Assembly: GCA_910592345.1 (NCBI GenBank)
Contig: CAJVPI010000046.1
Span: 48,617 to 68,616, forward strand
Reading direction: 5' to 3'
Length of the DNA stretch: 20,000 nucleotides
Origin: Paraglomus brasilianum
Lineage: Eukaryota
Position numbers and translations under genes: made by a program
The notes under the pieces: generated by a model
Database searches by the model: none
What the model saw: only the letters and a program-made list of their open reading frames with translations
Told to the model about the DNA's origin: nothing
Part shown: positions 1 through 9,559 of the stretch, one piece after another
Numbering within the stretch: position 1 is the first letter of the stretch
How the letters are laid out: the number at the start of each line of letters is the position of its first letter

Positions 1-1523
1 CGATGGAGAATCTCTAGGAGGCCATGACAGTCGGCGATTGCTTCGGCCGCATCAACCGAATGTCGAGTAAATCGCAACAAAATTTGCAACATTTGCTTCT
101 CAGCGATCAAAGGCAAATTCTCGGCCCTTAATAGATACTGAAAACGTAGTTGAATGCCCATAGCTAATAGTCCAGCGACTAGATCCCTTGACGTTAGGTT
201 AATATGATGTTCTGTGCTTTCGCCATCATCATCATCATCGTTTACTCCAAAACCATTCATTGATAATTCCATACCGAACTGCTTCATAACATGTGATTGC
301 TTCCGAGGTTGTAGACATATACTTTGATAACCACGATGCAAACTATCAGAACGATCCCAGATATGTTCTTCTTCAGTGAATTCTTTATTATCACCGATTA
401 CCCATGCTGCTAGGGCATCAATGGCTGCAACTAGCACAGTCTCGAATGTATCGTCTAAAGCAGTTCTCAAATACAAAAACGCTTTCATTTTAATCATCCA
501 GGAACTGATATCACGACTAACATTGTCACCATAGTGATTATTTCGAACCTTACGGAGAATCCTGGACACAACATTCAATGGAATCACTCGTTGACTTGGT
601 ACTTGGCTCCTCATCAAATGAAACATTTCTGCAAGAGTATATCCTGGTTGATCAGGATCGTCACCATGATGATGAAGACCCACAAAAACAGGCACTTCAG
701 CGTTCTTTTCGACAAGGTTACCTCTGAAATCAAATCTAAATGAAGCAGCTGGAGGGTCTGCCGCAGTAGCTACATGCGGGCGAACTTTCTCATCATAACG
801 TAAAGAAGAAGAAGATTTTGCGCCTGTGTTAGTTACGCCCATCCATTCTAGTTTGTCCAATTCGGCTGGAATGTCTGAAAAATACTTTTCCTTCATTGCT
901 AACGGCATTGAATCATCTTCTTGATCAATTTCCATCGCAACATCATCTGAATGTCTTGTGGCTTTGGGACGCTTAGACGATAGTCTTTTTAAGACTTCTG
1001 GTGAAAGTGTTTGTCGAAGCATTGCTTGCGCTTCAAGAATTTCATCCAAAGACATATTTTCCAGTCTTTGTAAATTTTCTTGATGTATTTCTTCATAGAC
1101 GGATTGAGGAAATTGCTGCCCCTCATAGGAAGATTGAAGCGTGTGATCATGGTTCTCTCCTGCAACTTGACTTTCCAGATTGATTTCATTTCTCTTTTTT
1201 CGAAATCGGCTTCGGTGAGTGGGTTCAGGGAAGCCACCTTTAAAAGAGCCAGCCGTCGAAGATGACGGGGGCAGAACAACGCCAGTAGCGGTTCTTTCGA
1301 TCACTGCGCCTATAATGTTTGTAGTGAGGGGCGAACTCTGGACGTCTTCTTCAGGCTCTTTGTTACCCTCATTATTATCAATTATAGCTTGTTGTACGAC
1401 TGGTGGCTTACTCTGTTTGATTACTCTTGCCGCCGGTGACTCTTTGTTCCGAAAGAATTCTTCTTGGAGCTTTAGTAACTCTTCGTCCGTCTCTACAGTT
1501 AACGCGTCGTTTGGGCGAATCAT
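1..1523 (-). CDS. RBA50: RNA polymerase II-associated protein 1 (RPAP1/Rba50), 5' portion; the ORF continues past the window start
   Basis: Uninterrupted minus-strand frame from ATG 1523 (in-frame TGA TAA just upstream) to the window edge, about 507 codons, starting MIRPNDALTVETDEELLKLQEEF. It contains EIHQENLQRLENMSLDEILEAQAML (RPAP1_N-like) and FRFDFRG...GLHHHGDDPDQPGYTLAEMFHLMRSQVPSQR (RPAP1_C-like). The ORF track missed it because there is no stop in the window. Confidence 0.92.
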   Translation of the reverse strand, partial: MIRPNDALTVETDEELLKLQEEFFRNKESPAARVIKQSKPPVVQQAIIDNNEGNKEPEEDVQSSPLTTNIIGAVIERTATGVVLPPSSSTAGSFKGGFPEPTHRSRFRKKRNEINLESQVAGENHDHTLQSSYEGQQFPQSVYEEIHQENLQRLENMSLDEILEAQAMLRQTLSPEVLKRLSSKRPKATRHSDDVAMEIDQEDDSMPLAMKEKYFSDIPAELDKLEWMGVTNTGAKSSSSLRYDEKVRPHVATAADPPAASFRFDFRGNLVEKNAEVPVFVGLHHHGDDPDQPGYTLAEMFHLMRSQVPSQRVIPLNVVSRILRKVRNNHYGDNVSRDISSWMIKMKAFLYLRTALDDTFETVLVAAIDALAAWVIGDNKEFTEEEHIWDRSDSLHRGYQSICLQPRKQSHVMKQFGMELSMNGFGVNDDDDDGESTEHHINLTSRDLVAGLLAMGIQLRFQYLLRAENLPLIAEKQMLQILLRFTRHSVDAAEAIADCHGLLEILH

Positions 1524-1964
1524 AGCCAGTTTGACGATCGACGATGCAGTTGATAACGAAAATGTTTATCATGTTTTTGTGGCGGGTGTGGCGAATGTGT
1601 AACGAGGCACAGTTATGACGGTAGTACAATGATTTCATAAATAATGCTAATAATAATAATACTATTATCGATTAAGTGTGATGAATGCATTTTAAATAAA
1701 CCCTACGGACTTCCGAATTAATCCCACGGAAAAAAATAGACGGGCGATATAGCAAACAGTGTTTACAGACGTGTGAGTAGGGATGTTTAGTTTTTAGTCA
1801 TAGAGAAGAAAGTTGCAGTACGGCATTCTGGGTTTTGTATTCCAATCGCTCAGACACTTGAACAACTGTCTAGAATGTCATTAAGGCTTATAAAGATCAA
1901 GGAAGCAATTAAAACAAACTCAAACCGAGAATGAAAACTTAAAATTGATAAAGAAAGTCATAAA

Positions 1965-2320
1965 ATGTCTTCCCAAAAAGCCGAAGCCATTGCTAAACAG
2001 AAAAAGCAGAAAGCAATTGTTAAGCCTTCTCCTCGAAAGGGAAGACAGAAAATAATGTCAGGAAGAAACAAACGCGCTTTACTGGGAATGATCAAAAACG
2101 ATAGGAAAATGACGCTTTCAGGTAGAATTCTCAATTTATGTCAAGTTACATTAAACTAATTTGCTAACTTTCTACTTGCACCTTCAAATATCATTATTAG
2201 AAATTAAGAATAGTTTTGCTGATTCAACTTCAATGGTTGTTTCTGAAAAAACTATTAAAAGGGAACTCCATCAATCTGGCTACTTTTGTCATATGGGTAC
2301 TAGAAAACCTTATGTGAATG

Positions 2321-2359
<39 letters not shown>

Positions 2360-2916
2360 TTGGATTGGATTGGGCTAAGGAGAAGAAAAAATTATATGGA
2401 GTGACGAATCATATTTTCGCGACAATCGACGGAAAAGTTTAATGTAGATTGTCTTATTCCAACGCACAGATCAGGACAAGATGGAATACACGTAATGGTA
2501 TGGGGTTGCTTCCACAGACGGACTTGGTCCATTAGTGAGATTGGATGGGAGAGTTACTTCTAGAGATTATATTAATCTCTTGCAAGATAAACTTTTACCG
2601 TATTTGGATACTCTTGAAGATAAGGAAATTTTTATTTTTCAAGAGGATAATGCTCCCATTCACACATCAAGATTAAGTAATGAATGGAAGAATCTAACTA
2701 GCCTTCGTTGGCCACCTCAAAGCCCTGATCTAAATCCCATTGAACATTTATGGGATGTAAGATTAGGGTACACCAAAAAGATAAGGAGGAGCTTTGACAA
2801 ATATTGCAAGAAGAATGGTTACGAATAGATAATAACATAATTCAGTCTCTAGTCGATAGTATGCCCAAACGAGCTGCAGCTGTAATAGAAAGTAAGGGTA
2901 TCCCACTAAATATTAA
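1965..2916 (+). mobile_element. Degenerate Tc1/mariner (IS630-Tc1, DD34E-type) transposase pseudogene
   Basis: Pieces across frames: HTH-like SPRKGRQKIMSGRNKRALL and VSEKTIKRELHQSGY..RKPY; IIWSDES (about 2392-2412, first D); VMVWGCF; FIFQEDNAPIHTS (second D); WPPQSPDLNPIEHLWD (E); C-terminal LVDSMPKRAAAVIESKGYPTKY* ending at 2916. There are several frameshifts and deletions, and a probable intron at about 2122-2200 (GT..CTAAC..TAG). Confidence 0.9.
2321..2357 (+). repeat. Poly(A) homopolymer (37 nt) inside the Tc1 relic
   Basis: Directly visible run of A; gives the poly-K in ORF 2161..2442. Confidence 0.95.
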
Positions 2917-4561
2917 TAAAATTGGATACTGTCATATAATATAGCTGCTCATTCAATGAAATCGAAACCAAATCGTCTCACATTTTAAATTTACATATTT
3001 AAAAATATGACAATTGTTTTTACTTAATGATGCAGGACACATTGCTTCTTTGAGTTACATTATAACGAAAGTTTTAACGTAAATTTCCGAAAATCTTTAT
3101 CTTTGACATAAGCCTTTGTTTTTCACTCAATATTTATACAAAGTTGCTCAAAGTTGTAAACGTATGCACGTAGATATCGTGAATAAGTACTTATTGCACC
3201 GTGGCCGGTTGTATTAGTGTAAACTTAAAAAATTTAGTTTACATATGGGCTACTTTGCGATCGGCGAAATTTCTGTCCGGGCACTGTACATAATATTTCG
3301 CCGAGTAAAAATCCGCCCAGCTACGCAACATTGATGAAAACGAGGTCAGTGCGATCTTATGTATGTCGTTGCCAGTATAAAAGACTTAATTATACAAACT
3401 ATGGGCGTCCAAAATGGTTTCATTCCTATACCAAACCGCTGCCATACGGGCCAAGTTGTTCCATTTATTATAATTCGGTGAATTACTTCACGAACAATTA
3501 CAACCTGCGTGCGGAAATTTATGAGATCAGTTTCCTTTGGCGTTTATTGAAACGACTTATCAGTTAGCTTTAATGTCGAAGATATTGTTATTCTAGACGG
3601 TTGGAACTACTGTAAAGCAGTGTTTTTGTTGGACTATGCCTACAAAGTAAAAGGCTTGTGCCATAAAAAAATTCTGAGCTTTTGTTAAACGTTGTTGCTG
3701 CATACATAACGGCAAAAAAAACTTTACGTTAACTCGATTCATTTTAATCTGTCACAGTGATTGTTTATCATGTAACGGGATTCGTCGATGTGCCAGAAAC
3801 AGATAATCACCATCATGGATAGCTTTCACATCAAGCTTGCGGGAGAGTTGTATTGATTGTAAATTTGTTGTAAACGTTTGCACACGCGTAAATTTGTCTT
3901 TCTTGACACTGATTATGCATTGATTTCACAGTGTAATATAGCTTTATACTGTGTTTTTGTTCAAACGTAGACACGCAAGCCAATATACCATTCTTTACGC
4001 ACTGGAAAAACGTAGGGTCACCTTTGATATAATAAATTTTCAGGTACCGATCAGACTTCGTGTAGAAGTTGTTTGTAGATACAAATTAGTAAGAACAAAG
4101 ATGAACTTTCTCGTGTTACTACAGCCAACAGTATTTGCATTACACGATAAGTTTAATTGCTGATTTGATTAAAATTTGGGGTAAATAATATTCGAAAGTT
4201 TGCTAGCAGGCTGGGCTTATTCCTGGTGAACCCCTTACCGGTAATTCTATCGACGAATCGTTATTAATTGAATGTTACCATTCAGTTGGGAAGAACAATA
4301 GTGTTCCCTGTTGGATTTAATGTAAATCACGTGAACGTACTTCGATTGTTAGTTTACGAAAAAGAAAGCACAATAATGCTGATAATGACACCAACAAACC
4401 TAAATTTGACGTTCGTAGTGATACGAGTAGTGTAGATTGAACGAGAACCTTCCAGCAAACACAAACATACCCCTAAAAACAATGGCCAATATAAGTCGGA
4501 AAATAATTTGTCCGACCGACATGGTCTTCGACAACTGACTATATAATAATAACTCCGAACT

Positions 4562-4607
4562 TTTTTTTCTAACCTTGTCAATTTTTTTCTAACCTTGTCA
4601 ATTTTTT
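4562..4607. repeat. 20-bp tandem duplication upstream of the DnaJ gene
   Basis: TTTTTTTCTAACCTTGTCAA occurs twice back to back (4562-4601), followed by a partial third copy. Confidence 0.85.
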
Positions 4608-4705
4608 CTTTACCTCTATATTGTTCCCTGTCTATAAATTAGGCCTGGCAAACATTTATCTGGACTTCATCCTGACCATATAATAAAAATAAAGAAATAG
4701 TAAAT

Positions 4706-6321
4706 ATGGTAAAAGACACAAAGCTTTATGACACTCTGGAGCTGCAACCGGATGCATCAGAGAACGAGATCAAAAAAGCATACAGAAAACTCGCTCTCAA
4801 ATACCATCCTGATAAGGTAGTTACATATAAGTATGCTCACTTTCAAATAATATTAGTTGGAGGGAGTATATAGCTATATAAGCTTTATCAGTGACTGAAG
4901 TTCCATTACCGGAGGCTGGTAGGAATTGTTGGAAATATGCTACTTTACATAGTTCTCCGTGAGGCAATGGACAAGTTGATCCAAACTTTAGCACGTCGAT
5001 ATAAGCGCGTATGTCCTAAGCTGTCATTTGTTGATTTTCTCATTCCTTCACTATATATATATCTATATATAGAATCCAGACACGGGAGAGAAGTTCAAAG
5101 AAATCGCTCATGCATTTGAGATTTTAAGTGATGAGCAGAAGCGTGCTGCTTACGATCGCTATGGCGAAGAGGGAGTGTCCGAGACCGGTATGGGCATGTC
5201 AGCCGAAGATATTTTCAGCTCATTCTTCGGTGGCAGCATGTTTGGTCGTCCTGGAGCTGGGCGACCAAGCGGTCCGCGTAAGAGCAAACCACTTCAACAC
5301 ATGCTCAAAGTATCTCTGGAAGAGTTGTATACCGGTAAAACAACAAAACTATCCCTTAATAAAAATGTCAAGTGCTCCAAGTGTCAAGGTCGAGGGGGAA
5401 AGGAGGGGGCTGTTAAGACTTGCCAGACCTGTAGTGGCACTGGTGTAAGATTAATTGTTCGTCATCTGGGTCCATCAATGATACAACAAATTCAGCAGCC
5501 GTGTAATGAATGCAGTGGTTCGGGTCAAGTTATCAAGGAGAAAGATAAATGTACTACTTGCAAAGGCAAAAAGTTTGTAGCTGAGCGCAAAGTTCTCGAA
5601 GTGCATATCGGCAAAGGGATGAAAAACCATCAGAAGATTGTATTTGCTGGAGAAGCTGATTACCAACCTGGATACGAAGAGCCCGGTGATGTTATTATTA
5701 TTCTTGAAGAGAAAACTCATGATCGTTTCACTAGACGAGGAGATGACTTGTTCTATTCTGCTAAAGTTGACCTGTTGACTGCATTGGCCGGTGGAAACTT
5801 GTATATCAAACATTTGGATGATAGATATGTAAAGGTCTCAATAACGCCTGGTGAATCAATTAAGCCCGGTACGTAACCATGATACAACGTTTATTATGTT
5901 AAATAGATGCGATTTTAGACAAATCTAACGGATGTTGTTTTGTTATCTTTATCAATTCAATGTTCCATCCGAACATTGTTGACGTTTACTATTTATAGGA
6001 GATATGAAAGCTATTAAGGGCCAGGGTATGCCTTCTTTTCGCCACCACAACTATGGTAACATGTACGTTCAATTCAACATTGAATTCCCTTCTCCTAATT
6101 GGGCTGACTCTGCAACGATTACTATGCTTGAGAATATTCTTCCGCCGCGTCAGGCTGCACCTCCAAAGGCAGATGAGACCAATGTCGAAGAGGCAGACTT
6201 TACCACATTAGAGCCAGCTGAGAAGACAAGACTCGAGCAGAATATGATCAATGGTGTGCCAGATGATGATGATGACGATGATGAAGGTGGACGAGGAGGA
6301 GTACAGTGTGCTCAGCAATAA
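4706..6321 (+). CDS. YDJ1: Type I Hsp40/DnaJ co-chaperone (Ydj1/Mas5/DNAJA-like); exons 4706-4816, 5073-5868, 5999-6321; 409 aa
   Basis: [13 protein letters not shown]...[33 protein letters not shown]-domain with HPD, a G/F region, four CxxCxGx(G) repeats ([32 protein letters not shown]) and the C-terminal CaaX CAQQ. GT-AG introns 4817-5072 and 5869-5998 keep the frame (1230 nt spliced). Confidence 0.96.
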
Positions 6322-6773
6322 GGCGGCTGTTGAAAGTGATGGGGAATGGACATTTTCCTACATTTCGTTACTCGAGCTCTCAACTAATGACTTCTAGATT
6401 TCGTTTCTTTTTCATATTACGTAATTTGTAGCTTAGCGTATTATCGACACAAATAGAGCGAGCCATAAGTATATAACTGTTAGCAATAATTTTCTCACAA
6501 CTTCCATCAAAATCACGACGTACGAATAAATGTTTCTCTCTCTCCGTTGGTACGAAAGGGCTGATGCGAATGTAAAGTTCACGGATTACGTGTTGATTTT
6601 TATGGCTCAAAATCACATATGATTGACATTAAAACAATAAGTAAAAATGCTTGACAAAATTTTTTACTGTAAATATCAATATATTTTTGGGAGTTCATTG
6701 AAGCATTTATATCTGTGGTGAATATTGTGGAGGTGGGTGGTACTGTTGGTTGGGATTGATTGAAAGAATAAGT

Positions 6774-6884
6774 GATGACCCAAAACACACAAGTCGTCTT
6801 GCCAAGTCATTCTTGCGGGAGGATGTTCCAGAATTTATGGATTGGTCGTCCAACAGTCCAGACATAAACCCGATAGAAAGTTTT
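6774..6884 (+). mobile_element. Short Tc1/mariner transposase catalytic-core fragment
   Basis: Translates DDPKHTSRLAKSFLREDVPEFMDWSSNSPDINPIES, matching the Tc1 QDNDPKHTS...WPSNSPDLNPIE region. It is too short for the ORF track and diverged from the 1965-2916 copy. Confidence 0.8.
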
Positions 6885-7026
6885 TATTCCCGAGGACACT
6901 ATTGAGTCGATTAATAGTAGGCATTACTACTATTGCCTGCATGAGAATTATAATTAGTCTTCATGTAACGTTTGCGACAGCTGTCTTGTATAATTAATTT
7001 CGATTGTCTTTTTGCCAATAGCTTAC

Positions 7027-7233
7027 CGAAGGCCTTACGAATACTCCGTGCTTTTCTCTACATTCAAAATATCTTTTGCCCATGACTGAACCGTCGTTCT
7101 TCCCATTCGGTTCATCTAACTCGACACCAACCCATTTGCCAGAAGAGAAGCCTGTAACCCCTATAAAACGTATGACACCCCAACTTCCATTAATCTCGCA
7201 TCTTGCCCCTACTTGTAAATTAGTTGAAGCCAT
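7027..7233 (-). CDS. CAP-Gly domain exon of a dynactin p150Glued/Nip100-like gene; the rest of the gene is missing (truncated)
   Basis: MASTNLQVGARCEINGSWGVIRFIGVTGFSSGKWVGVELDEPNGKNDGSVMGKRYFECREKHGVFVRPS with the canonical GKNDG motif, followed by a GTAAGC donor at 7026. Plausible branch CTAAT and CAG acceptor at 6937, then only 33 codons to TAA at 6835-6837. Confidence 0.8.
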
Positions 7234-7444
7234 ATATCTCTGTGAACGAAGAGAATGAGATACTTAGAAACAAGCCTTGATTATAACAAAATGATAGTCC
7301 GCAGTGCAGGTGCACAGACTGTTGCCATTGTGGACATTTTGTCATAATATAATAAAGAAAAATAATTTTTAATAATAAATACATTCCTAAATAAACGACG
7401 TATGACGTCTCAGTTGAAACATTGCCACCCAGAGGTAAAGGACT

Positions 7445-9004
7445 CATTACAGTTCCACAATTTCGACATCGGACCCTCCTATTTTTTGAACGCTCCCACA
7501 CCAGCTGCAAGTTTTGGAAGTATATGCCTCGTTTAGATAATAACACGGGCCCCTAATTCTTCTGCTTTAGCCACCAGGCGTTGGCGAAATTGATAGTGGC
7601 CCCAGCAGAACCGTTTTTCGTGTTATTTTTCTTGTTTTCGATTTATCATATTCGACACCTCAAAAGGAGGGATGATAATGGCATCGAATTCGCGAGTGAA
7701 AAATGCGACGCTCTTTTTATGAAGAGGTGTTTGACTTTTCGTCGCATCCGAGAGATGCCTTATCAAGTCGCGAGGCCTGTTTCTTCTTACGTTTCGAACT
7801 AGAGGCAGCCAGTTTGTCCATTATAGAAAGGAGATTGTCCATATGTTTGCATAGGCGAATAATTCGTCCAATGTCGTATTGGCCAATTTTACCTACGCTT
7901 TTAGTGGGAGAGTACCATGTGAAGGGTGTACGAACGCCAGGATCGATGGAAACTGCATGAATATCCGCTTGGGTTTCGCGGAGTTGTTTTTGCGTCTCGT
8001 AAACCCATTAAAATTTCCATTCGTTGGTTTTGCGAATATATGTACAGCCGGACTTTATTTTGTGAGGAACAAGCCGCTTCTTTTTTTTCGAAATGAATCG
8101 CGTTTTTCGTCCAGAGTGATAATAGGCTTTTGGCGGGGTGCGGAAAGCATCGACGGATTATGGTGATGGGTGACATATTAATATGAATCGGTTCCACGTG
8201 GATTTTGCGCGCGAATTATCATTGTCGCAAATCTTTTCGGGATCGAAATGACAAAGACGAACTTTGCTGATTCGTGGGTTGATCCTATATTTTGATTGAT
8301 CATGTTTCTAGCAGTTAACGCTTCATCAATCGCGCTTTGCCATGTGCGTCTTGAAGGAGCATGCATGACTGTTCACATGAATTTGCGTTCACCCCATACG
8401 GCATGATCTTTGGAGTCTCTTGTCCTCATGCTCATTAATGTTTTTTCCTACACGAACATCTGCGTAAAGCTTAAGCTTATCTTCAATGGATTGAGATTTT
8501 AGCCAAACCCGTCGTGATTGTATGCGAATTTTTGGTATGGAAATGGCGGTATCGACTCCAGCGGACAACTGCATTATAGGCATACCTTGACAAGCCCATC
8601 CACCGTTTTAATAGCTGCTTTTGAGGGTGATTTGGATATACTTTTATTGGCAGCGTATGATGGAGGGCTTCCAAGTGTTGCATGCTGCTGTTATCTTGAT
8701 CTTGCGCTTTTTCCCTTGTTTAGGGTTCTCGTCGGGCGACTCTTCTTCCTTGCTTGATTTCTAGGATATTTTGGGAAAGTTTGTGCTCGTCGGAGGTCGC
8801 TTTGTTGACGAAAACTATGAGTTTTGTAATATGGGGGGAGTGGATGAGGTTGTGGCAGAGTCTGTCACAATGGGTAACCACAATTCCAGAGACCATCCAA
8901 TATGGTCTTAAGTTCGTAGGTTGGTGAGCTGAGGACCTCCTTTTGTATGAGCCCTTATTTGGGGGTGGTTTTGGCGGTGACGGCGGCGGTGGTGATGTTA
9001 GCAT
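7445..9004 (-). mobile_element. Fanzor (TnpB-derived RNA-guided nuclease; Fanzor2/IS607-TnpB-type) pseudogene, non-autonomous relic
   Basis: Collinear fragments across frames: LRPYW..LELWLPIVTDS..NS*FS; IKVYPNHPQKQLLKRWMGLSRYAYNAVV (TnpB HTH); WQSAIDEAL..FRSRKD; AVSIDPGVRTPFTWYSP (RuvC-I D at 7942-7944); GRIIRLCKHMD..RMRRKVKHL..HKKSVAFFTREFDAIIIPPFEVSNM; RKTV..CWGHYQFRQRLVAKAEELG; NEAYTSKTCSWCG; CRNCGTVM. There are more than ten frameshifts or stops, and the terminal DRD motif is absent. Confidence 0.9.
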
Positions 9005-9559
9005 TGAGGGGAGAGATTATGTGTTTACGATTTGGATTTTAATGAGCATAATATTGCAATATTGCAATGGTTAAAGAGTTTGGGGGATATCTTTAAATAT
9101 GTTTATGGTTGTCGGTATTTGAATGGCGGAACCGAAAACACGCATAAAGCATGCAATTTTAGATGGAGCCTACGCCATGCAAACACAGACTATATGATGG
9201 ATCGCGGTCACAAATCGTTAATTCCGTTGTCTTTTTAAATATTAATATACTAGAGGGTTAAACAAAATTGATATTATATTCATTAATTCCGATTATAACA
9301 TCGTAATAGTAATAGTAAAATCCATCCTAAATTTTCTATTAATTAAAATTATTACGATAATAAACCAGCCATACTTCGCGTTTTGAAATCACGTGCGTGT
9401 GACAATTATCACCTGATCCAGAAATATTTACCTCTGGTATGTACTGTATATGCACGATCGGATTCGGCATTTTAATCACATGACCATACTTATAATAGTG
9501 ATAGTAATAAATAATAGTTGATTGAAAAACTAGTCGTAGTTTCTATCAGCAAACGAAAG

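Noticed and set aside
534..1638. Several short ORFs in the track (534..743, 989..1279, 1001..1183, 1080..1265, 1219..1602, 1408..1638)
   Set aside because: Antisense or off-frame shadows of the long RPAP1/RBA50 frame.
4445..4457. Heat-shock element (GAAccTTCcaGCA) upstream of DnaJ
   Set aside because: Only two perfect nGAAn units; plausible but not distinguishable from chance.
3331..4581. Short ORFs between the Tc1 relic and DnaJ
   Set aside because: Non-ATG starts or non-protein-like composition, with no motifs or splice structure.
6670..6720. Minus-strand INASMNSQKYIDI resembling a Tc1 core segment
   Set aside because: Too short and opposite in orientation to the adjacent Tc1 fragment; cannot be supported.
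7581..8757. Plus-strand ORFs over the Fanzor relic
   Set aside because: No recognisable motifs; antisense shadows of the minus-strand Fanzor.
9005..9400. IS607 TnpA serine recombinase, TIRs or TSD for the Fanzor element
   Set aside because: No resolvase motifs in any frame and no convincing inverted or direct repeat matching the 7380-7445 end.
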